This document shows, piece after piece, positions 54,779 through 64,000 of a DNA stretch of 64,000 bases. The DNA is taken from NCBI GenBank assembly GCA_964016885.1, contig OZ024743.1, forward strand, positions 44,826,001 to 44,890,000. Reading direction: 5' to 3'. Source of the stretch: Eledone cirrhosa. Lineage: Eukaryota. The position numbers and the translations under genes are program-made. How positions within the stretch are numbered: position 1 is the first letter of the stretch; every line of letters starts with the position of its first letter. A model generated the notes under the pieces. It saw nothing but the letters and a program-made list of their open reading frames with translations, did not search any database and was not told where the DNA came from.

Positions 54779-57278
54779 TGTCGAACCTAAACTGGCTGTC
54801 ATCCAAATACTGGTGGTGTTGGTGGAAGAAGAAGCAGGAAAGGGACCAGAACCAACTGGACGAAATAATTGAATAGAACTGTTATGCAATGTTACCTGAA
54901 GAGTAACCCCAAGGAAAAATGTTATAGGAAACGGATGCATAGCATCTGGAACGAGATGGGTCTATTTAAATTAGATGAACAAAAATTGGCCGGGCAAGCT
55001 CGGGTAATAAGAACTAATGGGTGGATAAGCGAGCTGGAACGGGAGGAACTCAACAGAGAGTTTAGATTGGAAATGGAGAGTGGAGTATGCCAGGCAAACG
55101 AGTAAGTGGGAGATGAAGGTGAAGAGGTTGAGAGAACGGAGGAAGCATCCGAAGCAGACAATGATCTGAATACTGAAATAAATAATACCTGGAACAAAGA
55201 TACGGCCATTGAGGAAATGAATGCTGAGGAGCTAGGATAAGATTTGGTTGATATCCTAAACTTAGTGGTAGATAAAATGAACAATGACAGTGGGAAACCT
55301 ATGAAACTAAGATTTGTAGACAGGAAAAGGTTAAATGAAACAACAGCTAAGGTAAACACAGTCATCCCATACCTTGAGGCGAGGAACCTTCACCAGTGCA
55401 ACAATATCCTCAAAAGCAACAGAAAATGCGGCTAGGAAATTACTTGGCATAAAAGCGAGAAGAAACAACAAACAAGAAAGATCAGAACCTTGGTGGAAGA
55501 AACGACTGAATGGCCAAATCAGGGAAATCACAAATGACATTGGAAAGCTTGAGTCCCTACTGAATGGGACACTACAAAACAGACACTAAAATAGACTGGA
55601 AATAAAGTACAAAACTAGGAGGAAAAAGCTAAATATTATCATAGAGGAACTGAAGCAACGCATTGTAGCAAAGAGCGCAAAGATTAGGCGATACGAGAGC
55701 AGAGTCAGTCAGTATAGACAGAACCGCACGTTTGACAACAACCAGAAGATGTTGTTTGGACAGCTTGAAGGGAAAGATAATGATCAAGGAGATTACTGAA
55801 CAGGCACACCAACAAATTGATTTGAGTATCACAGTTGAAACTTTTAAGGGGCAGAACGACCAGACAACTAACCAACTCGAAATCACCAGGCTCAGATAGT
55901 GTGCAGGGGTATTGGATTAAATATATAACATCCCTCCACGCGAAACTGACAACCATGTTCAATGACTGGTTGATGTCAGGTGAGGTACCAGAGTGTTTGT
56001 TAAAAGGTACCACAGTTCTGCTAATGAAAGACCGAACCAAGGGTAATGATGTTACCAACTATAGACTTATCACATGTCTGTCCGTAATGTGGAAACTGTT
56101 AACAAGCATTGTGTCTTAGGAAATCTACCATCACCTCCACATAAACAACTTGTTACCGGACGAACAGAAAGGATGCCGAAAGAAGTCCCATGATACAAAT
56201 TACCAGTTACTTATTGATAAGATGGTAATGAGGAATTGCAAGAGGAGACACACTGGTCTTGCCATGGGATGGATAGACTACAAAAAGGTATTTGACATGG
56301 TACCTCGTTTTTGGATAACCAAAAGCCTAGAGATCTTTAGGGTGGCAGATAACATCAGACAGTTGTTGAGCAAAAGTATGAAGTCCTGGAAAACAGATTT
56401 AACATCGGGCGCAGATTCCTTGGGAGGCGTGAGGATCAAGAGAGGTATCTTCCAGGGAGATAGTTTGTCCCCTGTTGTTTGTCCTTGCCCTGATCGCCCT
56501 GACCATTATGCTGCGAGAAGTGAGAGTAGGATACAAGTTGGGAAAGGGAGAGCTTACCATTAATCACCTCCTCTTCATGGACGATCTTAAGCTCTTCGGG
56601 AAGAGTGAAAAGGAATTGGATGTGCTTGTTGACACTGTCCGTATTTTCGGGAATAATATACGTATGCAATTTGGTATTAGTAAGTGTGGAATCCTTGTGA
56701 TGAAGAGGCGTTAATTGAGCAGAAGAAACGAAATCCAGGTACCAACAGGTGAGATGATAAAGGAAATTGATACTGAAGGGGGATACAGATATTTAGGTGT
56801 TCTGGAGGCTGATGACATCAAGAACAAATAAATGAAGGAATTGATAAGATCCGAATACATTCAGTGAGGAGCGTAGTAAAATCACATCTGAACAGTAGGA
56901 ATGCCATAAGTGCAGTAAATTCCAGAGCTGTGTCTATTATTAGGTACAGTGCGGGAATTCTGAGATGGAATGTTGCTGAACAAAAAGAAATGGATAGGAA
57001 GACTAGGAAGCTATTGACTATCTACAACATGTTGCACAAGAGAAGTGATGTCGATAGACTCTACTTAAGGAGATCTGCAGGTGGAAGAGGTCTTATCAGC
57101 ATAGAGGACTGTGTTCAGATGGAGAAAAACAACCTACACAAATACATGACTGATAGTAAGGGCCAATGCTCACAATTGTACTGAAGGAGAGGACAATAGA
57201 CGTGAGGACATAGTGCCTTCTTTGAGAAAACTGAATTTAGGGATCCACAGACATGGAACTGGTTAAAAAGAGGGACCT
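54778..57278 (+). mobile_element. R4/Dong-like copy B, degenerate, truncated at both ends
   Basis: Colinear with 51445-53976, with many stops and frameshifts. Confidence 0.92.
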
Positions 57279-60200
57279 AATCGACTCTACTTTAATAGCC
57301 CTTTTCAGGGCGAACCACCACCTGTTGTTGACGACCGTTCCCGTCAACGCCCGCTTAATTAATACGCTAATCCGGTCTCTGTAGGCCTTGCGCGCCGGGA
57401 AAGACGCGTTCAGCTTGCAGTAACCAGGCCCTTGTCTATGAAGTCTTTCTCTGTCGATCTCACAGATCACAAATTTGTGGTCTGTGTAGTCGACTTTTTT
57501 AAAATGTGGACAACTTATACTAGCCTTATCTAGTTCCCTGCAGAATACCCTATCTAGATACGATCTGGATGACCCGATGCGGTTTGTCCATGTCCACATT
57601 GGCACATTGGATGATCCAGTCGATACCTGTCAGACAGTTCAAAACGTCTGAGCAGGTTGGTGAGGCTCTTGCACCCTCCTCCCCTATCCACTAGCCCCAC
57701 ACGATCCCAGCGTGCATCCAAGATACCGTTCCAGTCGCCCACTAACACTAAAGAGCGGGACGTTCCAAGAAATCTGGCCGTCTGAAGAAATCTGGCCGTC
57801 CTGCCCCTGTAGACGGCTACTAGCCTGAAAGCATTGCCTTCACTGCCGGTCACGTCCAGCACCACCGACTTTCCTTCTGGGTCCAGGAAGACGGCCGGTT
57901 TCGCGAGATCCAAGCCTCTCCGAAAAAGGACGGCAACCCCTCCCCCCGATCCTGGACGGCTGGGAGATGCGTATACATCGTAGCCGCCGAAGATCGGTGC
58001 GAAGGCCCGTGCCTCGGAGATTCTGGTTTCACTGATGGCCACCACATCTATGTTTAGTGACCTGAGGTCATTGAGCAGGTGACCCTGCTTCCAAGATGAC
58101 CCCAGGCCACGTGCATTTATACTGCCTATTCTGAGTACAGCCATGTTGGATGAGAAACGGGGCAAATGAGAAAGGGTCACTTACCTTGTGCGTGTGGTGA
58201 AGGGACAGTAGAACCGTTCCTTTCGCTGGTCATGGATGTTTCCAAGAGGATGTCAGTGTATATCCTCTTGGTAACTGACCCTCTGAATCTCCAACTGCGT
58301 TGGGGAATTTTTGTTTTAAAGGTCTGTACTGTTCTATTGAGATTTCGATGATGCTTATGTTTGTCGGGAGAGTTCTTGGTGTTGGTAGGGTGTAGTAGTT
58401 TTTTTCCGTGATGCTGTGTGCTGCTTTATATATTTTATGAGTTCTTTTTTTTGCTATGTTTATGGCTGTGTACTTTTTGGGGGGAGGGGTGATTTTGTTG
58501 CCGTTTTCTTCTTGTTGCTGTTTGGTGTGTGCGTCTTGTGTTTGCGTTGTTGGTGTTTGTGGAGGTGTTGCTGCAAGTTTCCTTACTGCCTTTACCCCTC
58601 TTTGTATGCCTTCGCTTTTGGAGGGTGAATCTAAGGGTTTTTTTCTTTTTTGTTTTGTGTGGCAGACTGTTTGCCACGTCACTCCCGCCTCAAACTCCAT
58701 GTCGGATTCTGTGGCGTCTGGGAGGGGTATGTGCTCCACGACTGTTGGTGGTGGTAGTGGAGCCCTCTTCGGCAATTTTGTTGCTGGTGTAGCTATTTCA
58801 AATGTAGCTACTGATGATGCTGCTTTAGTTATCTGTGGCCTTGGTACGGGTGCTACGGACGTTGCCCTCCTACTCACCGTGGAAGGGGCTTCTTCGTTTG
58901 TTGCCTGTCATGCTCTTGGTAGCAGCGGACCAGGTATTGGAAGGAGAGGGGCCCTCTTCGGTGTCTTCTGCGGGCAAAAGCCCCTGAGGTGACCTTTCGA
59001 CCCACAGAGATAACATTTTGGCCGTCTTCCTTCTACACTTATAGGGAGTTGGAGTCCTTCCTCGAAGTCTATGATATCGGGGATAGCCTCGATACATTCC
59101 TGGTCAGTTTGTATAAGCATTTGCATGCCTATACCTGACCAGTTCTCTCTCCCTATTTTTTCTACTTGCAGCATGGTCGCCCTGTTCTCAATTCCAGCAA
59201 GGACAGACGCGGCCAGCCAAGGTATGGGCACGTCGGGTGGGACCTGGGTCACTTTGACCCTCACAATTTTCTGCCCGCAGTAGGAGGGCACCAAGACTAA
59301 CCACTCACTCTTTAGGGTTTCCAAAGAGTGAGACTTTGCTTCATGGGGGGTGGCGAAAAGTATGTCTACTGTGGCGTACTTTCTTCCTCGGGTGATGTGT
59401 GTTTTGCGTGCCCAGACGAACCCCAAGACCTTTTGGATTTGAGCCTCCGTGGCTCTCTCAACTCGATGTGAGATTTTGCTTACAGTGCGGTAAGTCACCG
59501 TCCGTAGCTGCTGGTCCTTGAAAAAATCGGGTGGAAGTTTCAGGGAAACTCTATTTGCGCTTCTTGTCACCATGGCCCTTGCGACTGCCATCTCCTCCTC
59601 TGTGACTAACACTGTCTCGATATTTCGGGCGACACCTGCAAAAGAAGTGGTCCCTTTTTCAGCAGCACCACTATTGCTGCCGCTACTGGTCTTACTGGTG
59701 GTGCTGAGGTCGCTATTACAGGTATCGGTGTCATTGTTGTTGTTTTCGCTGGTACAGTTGTTGGTGTTGTTTTCGTCGATACTGTTGCTGCTGTTACTGT
59801 TATTGTGGCTGTTGTTATTATTGTTGTTTTTGTTGATACTGTTCCTACTATTATTGTTGTTGTGGCTGTTGTTATTGTCATTGTTATTGTCGTTCTCGAC
59901 CTTACCGCTGTTATGTTTGTTATTGTCGTTCTCGACTTTACCGCTGTTATTTTTGGTGTTGTTGTTAGTGATGTTGTTGGTGTTATTGTTGGTGTTGTTT
60001 GTGTCAGAAATATTTGCTAATTTTAATTCTGTAACAATCTTTTTTTCCTTTGTAATATTTTCGTTTATATTTACCACCGCTGGAACGCTGTCTTGTTGAC
60101 ATGCTGATAAAGTCTCCCTCCCTGTGTGTTGTCTGACAGCGCTCTCTCTCTCTTTCTTGTGTTATCCATGTTGAAATTTTTTTTTAAAATATTTATACAC

Positions 60201-60351
60201 AAATACGAATACGACGTATTATTTACTAGTGAAACCCTGTATTAGGTGGGTCACTTCTTCTAAACTTTTATCAAATTTAAAACTTGAATAAAAGGTTTAG
60301 AACGGTTGAAAAAGAGGTAAAACGTTGAAAAAGACTGGAGGCTTCACCAAC
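57275..60351 (-). mobile_element. Tx1/L1-like copy B: 5' UTR, ORF1 and APE domain; 3' half missing
   Basis: ORF1 about 58160-60169 (Asn-rich, CYLCGSKGHLRGFC). APE 57279-58144 (SINARGL, AISET, GDWN, TDHK). Confidence 0.92.

Positions 60352-60388
<37 letters not shown>
60352..60388. repeat. (TAA)n tract between Tx1-like B and C
   Basis: About 12 AAT units. Confidence 0.95.
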
Positions 60389-60389
<1 letters not shown>

Positions 60390-62865
60390 TTTCATCTATT
60401 AGCCACAAGGGCCGACATGTAGGGGACAATACAAAGACAGGGACAGTGGGGGTTTACAATAAGGTCGAGTAAAAGTGCACAATGGCAAGACTAATTTAAC
60501 AATGAAAATATAAAAATATAAAATAAACTATGCATAAATATAACAAAATAAATTCCCCGATAGGGGGTGGACGACCCTGGGGTGATTCGGGTACCCCACC
60601 AATCCTGAACCACCCTGCGCTTCTAGGGCACCCAGGAGAGCACCCCTCTCCTCAAGTTAGCCAGCCTATAGGCGCATGGTCAGAGCCATTCTCGCCACAT
60701 TCACCCACCTTTTAGCAAATGTACTGGGGGGGGGGGGGGGGGGGGCAGCACTTCTCTCTCCACCCTCACCCTCCTTTCCAGGTGAAACTTGAAGAAGTTG
60801 ATGAGGGATTGGCCGAAGAGAAAAGTGTCTGTCTTTAGTCCTTTCAACCTGGTCCACCATATAATCTCTTTCGCAACTGCCACCAGACAGAGGAAAATGT
60901 CCTGCTCTTCCTGACCTAAGGAAGGTGGCGGCTCGATCTTCACTATGGACTCGGCCGATAGCCGGATTCGTTCCACACGCGACAGTAGCTGTTCGACATA
61001 ATTCCACAAGTCAGTAATGCACGGACATTGGACAAGTGCGTGCAGAACGGTTTCGTCGTTCTGTGCGCATGTTGGGCAGGTCCGTCTGACAGCACTTCCG
61101 TGCCTGTAGAGTTTATCCCGAAGCGGCAGTGCCCCCCGGTAGCACTGCCAAGCGAGGGATTTCTGGAAATTGTCCATCGTCCCCGGCTCAAAAGTCCTCC
61201 GGTACAGACTGGTCAGTTCGACTTCGTCAAGGCCCAAAGCTTCTCCGAGTGCGTCATCGCACTTGCCCACCACTAATCCTCTATAGAACTCGAGAGTGGA
61301 AGTTCCACTGATCGCATTGCCCGCTTGGTAGAGGGCAGTGAGTGCCTGGCAACATTCCAGGTGCCAGTCACCCAGTCTCGGTCTCTTCTTGACCCAGGAC
61401 TGCAGCTCAGTCAAAGAAATGACCTGCGGAAAGGCCCGTCTGATAAACGGCGACCACACCTGTTCACCATTGAGGCAGAATATCTGGAGATATCGCAGCC
61501 TCAATGCATGTCTGCGCATCATTAGCCACGGAATGCCCAGCCCTCCGCGTAGAGGGTGCTGGCAGCAGATGGACCGCCTCACCAACGGAACTTGTCCCCT
61601 CCACAAGAATTTGAAGAGGAGCCGTTCCAACTTGACGAGGCGCGGACGGGGGCAAGGCACGACGGTTAGGCGGTAGTAGATGACGGACGCGATGTACGCA
61701 TTCGCCACCTCCACGCGACCATTCAGTGATAGCTTCCTCCCAGCCCATTTTTGGGTGAGACTGGCTACTCTGCTCGTTACCTCGTCCCAATTCTTTTCCA
61801 CCTGGAGGTCTGGTCCGAACCAAACCCCGAGCAACTTTACTGGTCCGTCCGTCCAGCGCCCCACGACGCTGTTGGACGGCATGGGCTTGCCTCTCCAGGT
61901 TCCGAGCTGAAAGCCCACCGACCTTTCCGGGTTAAGTTTGGCTCCTGTCAACCTTTCATATTCCTTCAATAAGGTGCCGACCACCTCGATTTCTGAGGTG
62001 TTCGACACCATCACGGTGATGTCGTCCGCATAAGCCGACACCGCCTTTCCACGTCCCGTTTCGAGCGGGATGCCCTGCAACAGCTCCAGCTTCCGCAGTA
62101 AAGGCTCGACAGTCAATACGTACAGAAGGGAAGAGAGAGGGCACCCTTGACGGAGCGATCGGGAGAGCCGAAATGGTTGCGAGAGGTGGCCATTAACCTT
62201 GACCACCGAGCGTGTGCCTCTGTGCATTGCAACGATCCAGCTTCTAAAGACAGGGCCGAAGCCGGCTGCTTTGAGGACAAACTCCAGATACCGATGGTCG
62301 ACCCTATCGAATGCTTTCGATTGATCTAAATTGATCAGTGCCCCACCGAAGCCAGGTTTACACCCTACTCTCTCTATGATGTATCGCATGAGGTGGAGAT
62401 TGTCGTGTATGGACCTGGCTGGGATTGCGCAAGTTTGCGCCTCCCCAACCAAATCCTCGACGACAAGCGCCAATCTCTTTGCTAACACCTTGGCCAAAAT
62501 CTTAAACTCTGTTGAGCAGAGTTATGGGCCTGAAGTTGTCTAATATATTCCTCTTGTTCTCGTCTTTCCTTATCAGCGACACCACTCCCCTGCTCACAGA
62601 ACTGGGAATACTCCCATTCTGCTGCCAGTTACAGTAGAGTGCTTCGAGGAGTTCGGAGAACAAGTCTGGCATATTTACGTAAAGCTCCTAGGGCAGGCCA
62701 TCCAAACCGGGTGACTTGCGCCTCATGCAGCCGACAAGGGCGTCCTGAATTTTGGCTGAAGTAATCGGCCTTTCGCAGCGCTCAGCGTCGACCGTCGAGA
62801 TGCGCGGCAATCCGTCAAGGTAGGGACTGAAATCCGCTACTCTCTCTGACTCGCCACTCTCCCTG
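60389..62865 (-). mobile_element. Tx1/L1-like copy C: RT and 3' UTR, 5'-truncated
   Basis: 598-aa open frame 60701-62497 with LDQSKAFDRV, RQGCPLS, AYADD, GGLGIP, CPTCAQNDETVLHALVQC. Same 3' terminus as copy A (..gaaatc-ATTn). Confidence 0.92.
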
Positions 62866-63332
62866 AACAACCGAAAGTCCTTCCGAAGAGATTGGCTAGT
62901 TGATTTTCGTCAACGCCAAGAGTTTCCCCAAGTACGTCGTCGCTCTTCCCCTCCATTAATCCTCTATAGAACGCCAAGATGGAGTTTTCACCGATCACAT
63001 TGCCCGATTGGTCGAGGGCTGTGAGCGCCTGAAGACATTCCAGTCTCCAAGCGCTCCCTCTCGGTCTTCGCTTGACCCAGGACTGCAGCTCCGCCAAGGA
63101 GACGAGCTGGGGAAAGACGCGTCTAGCAAACGGTGACCACACCTGATCACCGTCGAGGAAGAGGTGGAGATGTCGTAGGCTGAGCGCGTGTCTGCGCATC
63201 ATCAGCCACGGCATTCCCAGCTCTCAACGTAGCGGGTGTTGACAGCAGATGGACCGCCTGACCATCGGAGCGCGTCCCTTCCATAAAAAGCGAAAGACCA
63301 AACGCTCCTGCGCAGTCAGGCGGGGCTTAAGG
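62866..63332 (-). mobile_element. Tx1/L1-like fragment D (post-RT region) fused to copy C
   Basis: RSICCQHPLR..MPWLMMRRHALSLRHL..WVKRRPR..ILAFYRGL, paralogous to 61185-61655. Confidence 0.85.
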
Positions 63333-63462
63333 AAATTATTGTGTACAGTGCTCAGGTGCACTACACCTCATCAAAGGTGCATGTATAGTTCACAGAATAA
63401 TATATAAATGTCAGGGAAGTGAATAGTCTATGAGTCATGATATACATGCGTGCGTGTGTACT

Positions 63463-63573
63463 GTGTACTGTGTACTGTTGGCGAATCTCAGGAAGCATGG
63501 AGGTTTTGAAGGATGTACGTGTGTACTGTGTACTGTTGGCGAATCCCAGTAAGCATGGAGGTTTTGAAGGATG
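63463..63573. repeat. Short tandem duplication (~58 bp x2)
   Basis: gtgtactgtgtactgttggcgaatc..aagcatggaggttttgaaggatg occurs twice. Confidence 0.8.
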
Positions 63574-63822
63574 CAGTGTCCCGACAGCTAATAACTGATG
63601 TAGGTAGTTTGTTCCATGCTTCAACAACTCTGAGGGTGCATTTACTAAAGTTGCCTGACGGCATTTACTAAAGTTGCCTATGTGAGGCGTTAATGAATAC
63701 ATATTTATCGTCCTTAATATATGTATCTCCATTGAACAAAACGAAAATATTTGATATTCGATCTCTATTCGATAATGTAGAAGACCTCTATAGTATTCAT
63801 AATCGAATGTATTCACAATCAC

Positions 63823-63858
<36 letters not shown>

Positions 63859-64000
63859 TAGACATGAAAAATGCGCAAGCTCAAAAGTGCCACAGAATGT
63901 TATAATAAACCTTCAAAAGTGTGGGACTAGAGTTGTTGCTAAAAAATATTGTAATCATTATATATCGTACATTCTGTGGCATCCTTTATAAAAATAGCTT

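Noticed and set aside
48082-60099. Long antisense ORFs over the LINEs (e.g. 48082-48858, 49189-49644, 59518-60099)
   Set aside because: They are shadow frames of low-complexity ORF1 sequence.

Overview
This is an AT-rich, microsatellite-saturated animal genomic window. The SINE families and base composition suggest an octopus/coleoid cephalopod (inference, not verified). No host gene can be called with confidence, and nearly all listed ORFs are translations of (TA)n/(CA)n/(GA)n repeats. There are two distinct zones. (1) About 2.5-42 kb is a dense field of Penelope-like element (PLE) remnants and short non-coding PLE-type derivatives sitting in (TA)n tracts. Most are fold-back palindromes or partial tandem repeats. 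By eye they carry roughly 25 type-I hammerhead ribozyme (HHR) motifs from about a dozen sequence families, including U3-A8 covariant cores, CCGA cores, long branched stem II inserts, family-specific palindromic stem III sequences and a 484-bp retrozyme-like tandem. One near-full-length but frameshifted PLE (RT + C-terminal GIY-YIG) is present. (2) About 44.6-63.3 kb is an array of non-LTR retrotransposons separated by (TAA)n tracts: Tx1/L1-like APE elements on the minus strand alternate with R4/Dong-like RLE elements on the plus strand. tRNA-derived SINEs are scattered throughout. All motifs were read manually, so coordinates may be off by a few bases and no activity has been tested.
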